This document shows positions 8,048-15,100 of a stretch of DNA of 17,360 nucleotides, one piece after another. The stretch spans positions 1 through 17,360 of the forward strand of contig JAYSWN010000229.1 of the NCBI GenBank assembly GCA_043718025.1, read 5' to 3'. How positions within the stretch are numbered: position 1 is the stretch's first letter; each line of letters opens with the position of its first letter. A program made the translations under genes and the position numbers. The DNA comes from Pseudomonadota bacterium (GTDB lineage: Bacteria > Bdellovibrionota > FAC87 > UBA2466). Under the pieces are notes generated by a model. It worked only from the letters and a program-made list of their open reading frames with translations. It was not told the DNA's origin and made no database searches.

Positions 8048-9988
8048 TTACGGGCCATCTTCGTAGATTCTTTCTTCCATCTGCCGCTCGGCTTCGTCGG
8101 TCTCTTCCACATTATCGTAAATATAGGTTGGATAAGAGAGACACATTTCATCATCAATTTGCTGACCGAAGCGCAGGTGCTTGGTGTGATCGGGGTTCCC
8201 CGGTCGTTCGGTGTTATCCCAATCGTAAATAGAATGGAGGATCGAACCCTTTGGTACCCGAATCGGCTTTTCAAATTGATATTCGATCTGCCAATTGTAG
8301 TCCCACGCGGGTACGTGCACCAATGTCTCTTTGGTGCCGTCGGGCCGTTCCAAGATGCCGGTAAACGTTTTTCCGCGCTGATGCATGTGCGGGCGAAGGC
8401 TAAATAGTTGAGCATCGGCAAAAAAGTGCATCTCGCGCGTCAGACTTAATTTTCCGCCGGGCGGCACCTGAATAGAATTCATAAAGGCGGCACTTCGGGT
8501 GATAACCTGCTTTGCCTTAGAATTCGTAGGCACCTTATCGGCGAACCACAAACCCACGGCCGTTCGGTCCAGTTTGGCCCCTTCGGTGGGCGTGTAGTGC
8601 GCTTCGAAAACAAGTTCGGCCCCCTTAGGAATCAGCAGACCAAAACCATCGGGCAAATGGCGCGTAGGCTCGGTAGGTGAGTACGTGGCAACCAACCCAA
8701 GTGGTCGACGCATGCCCTTACCGTAAAGACGAAATGTCCATTCAAAGTTCTCGGGAGCGATATTGTATTTTTTGTCAATCAGGCGCAGGGCCAGCTTTTT
8801 AGATTTGGAATCTTCGATTATCCAGTCATCGTTTTTCGGCGGAGGCATGAGAAAGACGGTGACGTGATGAACCACTTCTGGCACCAACGCCTTGATTTCA
8901 GCCGAGACTAACCATTTATCTTCTTTGAAATCAGTCTTAACGCGAAAGTAGCGATAAGGCAGCACCGCGGTTTCTGATCTGGGCGGAATGCGAAAGAACT
9001 TTTTCTCTTCGGGGGCGTCCTCTGGAGTCATATAGACCACCGCCGAAGGGACCCCAGATCGAAAACCTTGCGCCGAAGGAGCTGGAGGAGCCACCGGCGA
9101 CGGCCCATCGCCCAATGGCGCCCCGAGCTTATTCCACTCGCGAAGAAGCCAAATCTCAGTGGCATCGAGCGCAAATTCATTTCGAAACTTACCGACCAAC
9201 CCACCCCGCCAAGGCGGCATGGTGCGCTCTTCAACTGCCCAGCTAAGCGTGGCCGCATGGGGCGCGATGGTCTCGTAAGAAGTGAGTTTGAACAATTCTC
9301 CCCCCACTTCGTTGTCGCGGTGGCAACGGGTGCAGCGTTGATACACTAGAGGGGCAATGTCTTGATTGAAGGTGACGGGAGGATGAGGATCACCCAAGTT
9401 TATGAAACACCCCTCCATATCCACCACGGCGGGGCTGGGAAACTTTCCATCGAGCATCGCCGAAACCGCGTCGGCAAGGTAAGAGTGGTTTGCTTTTGGC
9501 AAAGTAATGGCCAGGCCAAACTGGTCGTCGATGCGCCCGCGATAGTGAACCCGAAAATCTTCGCCCAATAAAAAACTCTCAGGGGTTCGTTCGGCACGCA
9601 GACTACGGGCAATTTTTCCCTGTTCATCATGTAGGATCAAAAACGGAGGATTTTTACCGTTCGCAAACTCCGCAATCTCTTTGGCCGACTCTTGCTCATT
9701 TGAAAAAACACCCACCACCTGAATGCCGTCTTTGGCCCACGCTTCAGACCAGCCCTTAAGGCGGTCAAGGTAGTCGCGCACTAAGCGGCACTGCGTCCCC
9801 ATGAACACAACTACCCAGCCTCTCACTGGCGCCTTTCTAAGATCCAGGGCGGGGGTAGCGCCGCGCACATCCACCGCCACGGCCAAGGCCTTCGCCATTT
9901 CTAGTTGGTAAGGGCGAGTTTCAAAGAGCTTTTCGGCCGCTTGGCCGGTTGCCAGAGAGAGAAAGAAAAGTACCGAAATAATGCGCAC
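8048..9988 (-). CDS. Secreted fusion: redoxin (AhpC/TSA-like) + c-type cytochrome + copper type II monooxygenase (PHM/DBH-like) domains
   Basis: Signal peptide. Redoxin part FMGTQC...RTPESF...YRGRIDDQ...GC. Heme motif CTRCH (9320-9334) with MPPW. Copper ligands VVHH, EAHY, PHMH and DEMC, plus WDYNWQ..Y. GTG start preceded by AGGTGG. Confidence 0.88.
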   Translation of the reverse strand: MRIISVLFFLSLATGQAAEKLFETRPYQLEMAKALAVAVDVRGATPALDLRKAPVRGWVVVFMGTQCRLVRDYLDRLKGWSEAWAKDGIQVVGVFSNEQESAKEIAEFANGKNPPFLILHDEQGKIARSLRAERTPESFLLGEDFRVHYRGRIDDQFGLAITLPKANHSYLADAVSAMLDGKFPSPAVVDMEGCFINLGDPHPPVTFNQDIAPLVYQRCTRCHRDNEVGGELFKLTSYETIAPHAATLSWAVEERTMPPWRGGLVGKFRNEFALDATEIWLLREWNKLGAPLGDGPSPVAPPAPSAQGFRSGVPSAVVYMTPEDAPEEKKFFRIPPRSETAVLPYRYFRVKTDFKEDKWLVSAEIKALVPEVVHHVTVFLMPPPKNDDWIIEDSKSKKLALRLIDKKYNIAPENFEWTFRLYGKGMRRPLGLVATYSPTEPTRHLPDGFGLLIPKGAELVFEAHYTPTEGAKLDRTAVGLWFADKVPTNSKAKQVITRSAAFMNSIQVPPGGKLSLTREMHFFADAQLFSLRPHMHQRGKTFTGILERPDGTKETLVHVPAWDYNWQIEYQFEKPIRVPKGSILHSIYDWDNTERPGNPDHTKHLRFGQQIDDEMCLSYPTYIYDNVEETDEAERQMEERIYEDGP

Positions 9989-10079
9989 GACTCACCACCT
10001 AATCGAATATGGGTAGGCGGTCGTATAGCGATGATCTGGTGGGGATTGGGTTACAATTTAAGCTGAAGCAAAAACAAAA

Positions 10080-10095
10080 AGCACGTGGCGTGCCC
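10080..10095 (-). promoter_or_regulatory. Candidate sigma54 (-24/-12) promoter for the redoxin-cytochrome c-monooxygenase gene
   Basis: Minus strand GGGCACGCCACGTGCT: GG-N10-GC with GGCACG and TGCT, ~90 nt upstream of the GTG start. Confidence 0.45.
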
Positions 10096-10167
10096 CTAGG
10101 CCCGTTTCGCCCCTTATCAATTCCGCTTTGCACCGGCGGCAACTAACCCATGCTATGCTTGATCAAG

Positions 10168-11316
10168 ATGAGAGGAACGTTGAAATTATTCTTTCTTTTC
10201 TGGGCAACGCTTGCCGTGGCTGAAAGGCCTTCGCCAGCAAGAACTTCGTTCGTTCAGCTCCACCCCTGCCTACCAATTTTCGAGGCGTTTGGGACCCCCT
10301 CTGACTTTGATAGAACGCTAAAACTATTGAAATCGGTTCCTGATTCTAATCCTGCCGATCCAGCCATGATCGCCGAAAAAGCCGAATTGGTAGAAATGTT
10401 GATTAAGTTTGCCGACTCCGACCTACTTAGTAAGGCCGAACGGGAGGCTATTCACGGGCGGTTGGAAAATCTTAGTTTTGCCAAAATCGGGGTGCAAAGA
10501 CGAGACGGCGTCACTCAGCATGCAGCTGCCCAGGCCGCCGCCCGAGCCGAAGCCACGGCGATTTACTTTTTTCGCCTACATAAGGAAGGGATTGAACACG
10601 AAAGAGAATTGGGGCAGGACCCGGTTGATTGGCTTAGCTACCAGCTTAAGGCACGAGATTGGAGCCCTGAGAAATTGAAAAAACAGGCCGAACTTTCTGC
10701 GGCGGAATTTGCTCTAGTTTCGAAAATGCTTTCTCCCGAAAATGGGGCCGCGGCGCCGGATCCCCTTTTTGTTCACTATTTGATGGGACGCTTGGTTCCC
10801 TTTTTCGCGCAACGGCCAATCGACGCTCTGACTCTAAAAACTAATGTCCAAACTGACGTACCCGCGGGAAGTAGTTTCATCGATTTTGTGCAGTCCGAAA
10901 ATGCCAAGCGCGGATGGGATGTGCAGACGCTGCGCTTTCTTGCTCTGCAGCGTAGTGACGTGGCACTGCTTGAACAGATACTGGCCGGCACTGAAACATT
11001 GGAAAATCAAAAACCGCATGTTCGGGCCCGAATCATTGCCCAAATTAGCCGGGCGCACGCTGCCTATCCGGCCGGCAGCGAAACCGGTGCCCCGAAGCAA
11101 GGTGAAACCATATCGGGATGGCTTAAGCGAGAGCTAGCGAACCGAGGTTATTCCCCAGAGTTAAGCGCTGCCAATTCGCCTTTTTGGACCGATCTCAACC
11201 TTGGCATCCCGGCTCATCGCCAAGAAGTGCTCAGCGCTTTAAGCGGCGAATCCACCGAGTTTTTCCCCTACGTACGGACTAAATTGCTTAAGTTCTTTCG
11301 GGCGAATCGGCGTTAA
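10168..11316 (+). CDS. Secreted hypothetical protein with three degenerate ~60-80-aa helical repeats (XRE/Cro HTH-like)
   Basis: Long ORF. Signal-peptide-like MRGTLKLFFLFWATLAVA (alternative starts ATG 10150, TTG 10180). Repeat heads DWLSYQLKARDW / DFVQSENAKRGW / GWLKRELANRGY. Confidence 0.8.
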   Translation: MRGTLKLFFLFWATLAVAERPSPARTSFVQLHPCLPIFEAFGTPSDFDRTLKLLKSVPDSNPADPAMIAEKAELVEMLIKFADSDLLSKAEREAIHGRLENLSFAKIGVQRRDGVTQHAAAQAAARAEATAIYFFRLHKEGIEHERELGQDPVDWLSYQLKARDWSPEKLKKQAELSAAEFALVSKMLSPENGAAAPDPLFVHYLMGRLVPFFAQRPIDALTLKTNVQTDVPAGSSFIDFVQSENAKRGWDVQTLRFLALQRSDVALLEQILAGTETLENQKPHVRARIIAQISRAHAAYPAGSETGAPKQGETISGWLKRELANRGYSPELSAANSPFWTDLNLGIPAHRQEVLSALSGESTEFFPYVRTKLLKFFRANRR

Positions 11317-11457
11317 ACGCCAATCCTTACCCGAAGACAAAATGACGCCTATTTTTTACATAGTATTTATCGGCACGAGTCGCCCGCCATCTTCCAAAGT
11401 TTCTCGCCGGTCCTTTCTGACCAAGCCTCTCCAGTTTTTTTAAAAAAATTGGCGGGG

Positions 11458-11474
11458 TTGGCATCGCAACTGCA
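11458..11474 (+). promoter_or_regulatory. Candidate sigma54 (-24/-12) promoter
   Basis: TTGGCATCGCAACTGCA: GG-N10-GC, near the consensus TGGCAC-N5-TTGCW, 40 nt upstream of an ATG with a GAAGGAG RBS. Confidence 0.6.
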
Positions 11475-11514
11475 ATTGCCCCTTCTCATAATCATTCATT
11501 TTGAAGGAGCAGTG

Positions 11515-12045
11515 ATGTTGTTACAAAAGTGGGCAAAAAAGTTCGGGTTAGGGTTCCTCGCGGTCTCCGCCTTTCTCACGGCAAGTGCCGAGGCGCGCTG
11601 TTGGGTAGAGTGGCAAGGAATTAAAACCAAAGTCGTCTGCGACAACGGCGACGGAGGCGGCGCTGGCGTTTCCTATTCTACCCTCAACATCAAAAACGAT
11701 TGTCGCTACCCGATTTTCGTGGCGGTTCACTATAAATCGATGCGCTGCCAAGAATACCCGGGCAACCACTCTTGCCTGTCCGAATACATTTCCGACGACC
11801 AGTTGTGGGTAACCGACGGTTTCTGGAGACTGGCTCCGGGAAAAAGCGCTTACATTAAAGACACTCGAAATCGTTTTCTCTACACCTACGCCGAAACCGA
11901 TGATCAATTTACCGGCGGAGCCAGCAATCGCAAAACCTGGACCGGCGATTCGCATCATCAAATCAAGGGGCGAAACTTAGGCTTCAAGCAGCTCGACATC
12001 GGCAGCCAAGCAACCCAATACACGCACCGCTTTACCTGCAATTAA
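11515..12045 (+). CDS. Secreted DUF1036-like domain protein
   Basis: ATG 11515 (or GTG 11512) after GAAGGAG. Signal peptide ending ASAEA. Pattern L.I.N.C..PI.VAV.Y...W.T.GFW.L.PG......RFLY.YAE...W.G...GF..LD resembles DUF1036. Confidence 0.75.
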   Translation: MLLQKWAKKFGLGFLAVSAFLTASAEARCWVEWQGIKTKVVCDNGDGGGAGVSYSTLNIKNDCRYPIFVAVHYKSMRCQEYPGNHSCLSEYISDDQLWVTDGFWRLAPGKSAYIKDTRNRFLYTYAETDDQFTGGASNRKTWTGDSHHQIKGRNLGFKQLDIGSQATQYTHRFTCN

Positions 12046-12075
12046 AAAGAAAGAGGGGGGCCAGTGGCCCCCCTC
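12044..12075 (-). terminator. Intrinsic terminator between convergent genes (U-tract on minus strand, possibly bidirectional)
   Basis: Stem GAGGGGGGCC (12053-12062) / GGCCCCCCTC (12066-12075) with loop AGT. The minus strand continues TTTCTTTTT. Confidence 0.8.
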
Positions 12076-12092
12076 CATTAAAATCCCACTGA

Positions 12093-12710
12093 TTACTCGC
12101 AGGGCTTAATGACGGTGGCGTAGAGTTCGGTGCCATCGCCTTGAGCCCCGAGATTCGACATTACCAGCACATTTACCGAGGATTCATCGTAGTTTAGCCA
12201 GGCACGAACCTCTTTTTTGTTATTTACTTGGTGGACCTTCACCAGCTCTTCGTCAGTTTTAAAATCATTTGAATTGATGATCTTCTTCTTTCCGTAGCGC
12301 AGCGCCATCACCTCTTGCTCGTCAGTAAGAAAAGAACCCAGCATCGAGTGGATCATCGCCGGAACTCCCGAAATGCTGCCCTTGTAACAAATAGGCGGGT
12401 ATTCGTGAAAATAGCCGCTTTCAATTGGCGTATGAATTTTAACGCCCAATAATTCGTTAGCCGCCTCAATTCGCTTTACGATCACTCGCCAAAATGGTTT
12501 TGCGCTTCCCGATACCGAAAATTGCTCAGGAATGCCATCGAGCCCGGCGTCGTTAAGTTTCTTGTTGAGTTTACTGATCGAAACTTTGACCTCTTTATTG
12601 TTTACGTAAGTAACCCCCTCAAAAGCAAAATTGAGCGACGTTTTTTCGGCCGAAAAAACGTTTGTGAACGGCACAGAACAAAGAACCAAAGCAAAAACTA
12701 CATTTCGCAT
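12093..12710 (-). CDS. Secreted hypothetical protein
   Basis: 205-aa ORF with ATG start and signal peptide MRNVVFALVLCSVPFTNVFS-A. Ends 17 nt before the terminator hairpin. No family recognised. Confidence 0.8.
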   Translation of the reverse strand: MRNVVFALVLCSVPFTNVFSAEKTSLNFAFEGVTYVNNKEVKVSISKLNKKLNDAGLDGIPEQFSVSGSAKPFWRVIVKRIEAANELLGVKIHTPIESGYFHEYPPICYKGSISGVPAMIHSMLGSFLTDEQEVMALRYGKKKIINSNDFKTDEELVKVHQVNNKKEVRAWLNYDESSVNVLVMSNLGAQGDGTELYATVIKPCE

Positions 12711-12829
12711 GAACTAACCCCCAACGGTGAATTGTTGCCTTTGACATACCGAATCATGGATTGTCGGGAAATCGGCAACCTATTGGGAAGCGCTTTGCCG
12801 TTAACCGACGCGAACATTGGGGGGCTGTA

Positions 12830-12860
12830 GTCATGCCGCGGCTTCGGTTGAAGCCGTGGC
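12830..12860. repeat. GTCAT-led REP-like hairpin in a divergent intergenic region
   Basis: GTCAT-GCCGCGGCTTC-GGTT-GAAGCCGTGGC: 11-bp stem with one G.T pair and a 4-nt loop. It lies between two gene starts, so it is not the terminator of a neighbour. Confidence 0.5.
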
Positions 12861-12910
12861 CTTTATCGATTAAATTGTGAGAAATTGTTTTTAAATGAGG
12901 AGCCACCGTT

Positions 12911-13228
12911 ATGACCCGACTTTTTTTAACAACCTTTACCCTGTTTTCAATCACTTTCGTTTCCCGCGTTACCCGCGCCGACGATGACTTTTCTACCCAC
13001 AAGACCAAAATCATTGCTGAAATGGATGAGCGGATCCAAAAAATGCAAGAGCACCGTAGCTGCGTAAATGGCGCCGCAAGCCGAGAAGCCATGAAGGACT
13101 GCCACGAGAAAATGAAATCCTGGCGCGAGTCCGAACACAAAGAGAACTTGGGAAAGCGCCGCGCCCACATCGATGAAAAGATCAAGAATTTGGAAGAGCA
13201 GAAAAAAAAGCTAGACGCGCCAAAGTGA
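12911..13228 (+). CDS. Small secreted alpha-helical protein with a Cys pair
   Basis: GAGGAG RBS at 12897-12902, signal peptide, and a charged coiled-coil-like body with C-V..A.S.E.MK.C. Confidence 0.82.
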   Translation: MTRLFLTTFTLFSITFVSRVTRADDDFSTHKTKIIAEMDERIQKMQEHRSCVNGAASREAMKDCHEKMKSWRESEHKENLGKRRAHIDEKIKNLEEQKKKLDAPK

Positions 13229-13287
13229 GCCACATTGTCCCGCCGATTGGCCAAAATATCTGACCTCCTTGCCTCCGTCTTTTTCTC

Positions 13288-13307
13288 CCCCCGCGCTAGC
13301 GCGGGGG
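13288..13307. other. Perfect 20-bp GC-rich palindrome
   Basis: CCCCCGCGCTAGCGCGGGGG is its own reverse complement. It sits between the 13228 stop and the candidate sigma54 promoter. Confidence 0.6.
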
Positions 13308-13324
13308 CCGCGCTCGATTGACCC

Positions 13325-13341
13325 TTGGCACGCCCTCTGCA
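13325..13341 (+). promoter_or_regulatory. Candidate sigma54 (-24/-12) promoter
   Basis: TTGGCACGCCCTCTGCA: exact TGGCACG -24 box and GG-N10-GC spacing, 28 nt upstream of ATG 13370. Confidence 0.7.
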
Positions 13342-13369
13342 GAGTTGAGAAAGCAAAGGGGTAAATAAA

Positions 13370-14098
13370 ATGGGTCGGTTAAAAATTACTCTGCTGAGTC
13401 TGTTCCTAATTTCTGCTTCCGCATGGTCAACTGATACGAAGCCCGAGTTGGTTTCGATTGAATTGAAAAAAGCCTGGGTACCGGTGGGGTTTGACGACAA
13501 CGATCAGGCGCAAATCATGGTGGCCGGAATCTTTCCCAACTCATGTTACAAAACCGGGCCCTACACCGTAAAGCAAACTGAGCGGGGAATTGAAGTGGCG
13601 CAACTGGCCTATCTCTACAAAGCAAAGTGCATTCAAATGGCGGTACCTTTCAGCCAGGTGATCGAATTAGGGCTGGTGCCTGCGGCAAAACACAGCCTTA
13701 TCGACGCTAAATCAGGCGTTAGCCTGGGCGAAATTTCGGTGGTCGAGGCAAAAGACGCTGCGGTGGACGACTATAACTACGCCCCGGTGAGTGAAGCCAT
13801 TATATTGCGCGATCTCACTTCGCCGGATCCGGTGCTTCACATGACAGGAAACCTCCCCTCGAAATCGATTCGAATCAAAGAAATCCGCGTTACCCCGTAC
13901 GCCGACGTGGTGGTGGTGCAACCCATCACTGAATCCATTCCTGGTTTGCAGCCTATTTGGGAACTGATCGCCGAGGTCGCCCCACGGCCGCGTTTTGAGG
14001 TGAAGAAAGCCCTAAAAAACTTACCGAAGGGCGTCTTTCTTCTCCACATCCGAACCATGAATGGCAAAGCGATCAATCAACTGCAAAACTTTGAATGA
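13370..14098 (+). CDS. Secreted hypothetical protein, 'GFDDND' motif type recalled from Bdellovibrionota
   Basis: Signal peptide ending ASAWS. Motifs VP.GFDDND...V.G.FPNSCY, DDY.YAPV and LLH.R.MNG.A.N, which I recall from uncharacterised Bdellovibrio-type exported beta-rich proteins. Confidence 0.82.
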   Translation: MGRLKITLLSLFLISASAWSTDTKPELVSIELKKAWVPVGFDDNDQAQIMVAGIFPNSCYKTGPYTVKQTERGIEVAQLAYLYKAKCIQMAVPFSQVIELGLVPAAKHSLIDAKSGVSLGEISVVEAKDAAVDDYNYAPVSEAIILRDLTSPDPVLHMTGNLPSKSIRIKEIRVTPYADVVVVQPITESIPGLQPIWELIAEVAPRPRFEVKKALKNLPKGVFLLHIRTMNGKAINQLQNFE

Positions 14099-14099
14099 T

Positions 14100-14375
14100 G
14101 TGAGAAGCGGCAACTATCGAAACGGCGGACTGCTCTTCCAAGGCAATTACGATGTTGATTCTAGCCGTTTGAACGGACAGGTTGCGCAGATGGATGAAGA
14201 CGGCGATGAAATTCAGTTTCTGGCTTCGTTTGAAGCGGAAGTTTCGAGCGGTAGGCACATGCGGTTTATTTTCATGAAGCCCACGGCCGGTGCAGAAAAC
14301 AAATTGGAACAAGTTGAGCTGGTGTGCAACACGGTTTCTTACGAGCCCGAAGCACACTCCTGCGCCGGAGGATGA
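14100..14375 (+). CDS. Small acidic hypothetical protein (uncertain)
   Basis: GTG 14100 lies 1 nt after the upstream TGA, in frame with the track ORF 14061-14375. It fills the gap to the convergent gene. No clear RBS or motif. Confidence 0.45.
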   Translation: MRSGNYRNGGLLFQGNYDVDSSRLNGQVAQMDEDGDEIQFLASFEAEVSSGRHMRFIFMKPTAGAENKLEQVELVCNTVSYEPEAHSCAGG

Positions 14376-14394
14376 GTTTCATCACGATCTGGTC

Positions 14395-14928
14395 TTACGG
14401 AGCCTTGAAGGCCGTTTCGACCTGCTTGAGTTGGTCCGCATTCATGTGGGTGATTTTTTTAAGCATGTCGACGAAAAAAGCGATCTCTTCTGAAGACTCA
14501 GGACAGCCCACGTTTCCGGTTTTGCCCACCGAAGTTCCCAAAACAGCTCCGTCGCCATCAAAAAAGGCAAACCAAGGAACCCCGTCTCCATTCTTAGCGT
14601 ACTTGAGATAGAGTTGGCGTGCCTTTGGTGTTTTGGCGAGGTCCACTTTCAGGTCTACAAATTCAGCGCCAAATATTTGCTTCATCGCGGGTTGATCCAA
14701 AATATTCTGCATCCGCGTGCAGTGACTACACCAAACCTCGGAAAAACGTAAAAACACCAACTTACCCACCACCTTCGCCGCCGCCAAAGCTGCAGTAAGC
14801 TGAGCATCGGCCGTATCTTCGCGAACAACAGCTACTGCGCTAGTGCCAGCCTGCACGGCGGTTATCGGGAGCAAACAGCCAAGCAGTAACAATAAAATCA
14901 CCCAGTGCCGTTTTCCATTTTGAGCCAT
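14395..14928 (-). CDS. Periplasmic thioredoxin-fold protein (Thioredoxin_7-like), WCSHC active site
   Basis: AAGGA RBS, signal peptide, A...GK.VFL.FS..WCSHC..M, cis-Pro loop GVPW, F.D.DG. Confidence 0.88.
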   Translation of the reverse strand: MAQNGKRHWVILLLLLGCLLPITAVQAGTSAVAVVREDTADAQLTAALAAAKVVGKLVFLRFSEVWCSHCTRMQNILDQPAMKQIFGAEFVDLKVDLAKTPKARQLYLKYAKNGDGVPWFAFFDGDGAVLGTSVGKTGNVGCPESSEEIAFFVDMLKKITHMNADQLKQVETAFKAP

Positions 14929-15008
14929 GTTTTTTCCTTAATCTTAAAGTTTGGGCCGTGGAAGCGAGTAGCTTACCAAAAGAACCTCCAGGGCGCTAAA
15001 ACGGCGCG

Positions 15009-15048
15009 GCACCCGCTACCTTTTCAGCTGAAAAGTGGATGGGCACCT
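15009..15048. repeat. 40-bp dispersed repeat, copy 2
   Basis: GCACCCGCTACCTTTTCAGCTGAAAAGTGGATGGGCACCT. 38/40 identical to 3893-3932; intergenic between divergent genes. Confidence 0.9.
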
Positions 15049-15100
15049 ATCACGGCTATTTCTTTCCCCGCTAGCTACGAACACTGATATATTTACCGCG

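Noticed and set aside
8011..8421. Alternative-frame ORFs (8011-8421 minus, 8045-8407 plus) and similar shadow ORFs throughout the track
   Set aside because: They overlap well-supported CDS with family motifs and have no RBS or motifs of their own.
12754..13500. 248-aa minus-strand ORF
   Set aside because: Antisense shadow across two plus-strand genes that have RBS and signal peptides; Ser/Phe-rich composition typical of non-coding frames.
15035..15100. Track start GTG 15035 for the 319-aa ORF
   Set aside because: The GTG lies inside the 40-bp repeat (where copy 1 has GTA) and would bury the signal peptide.
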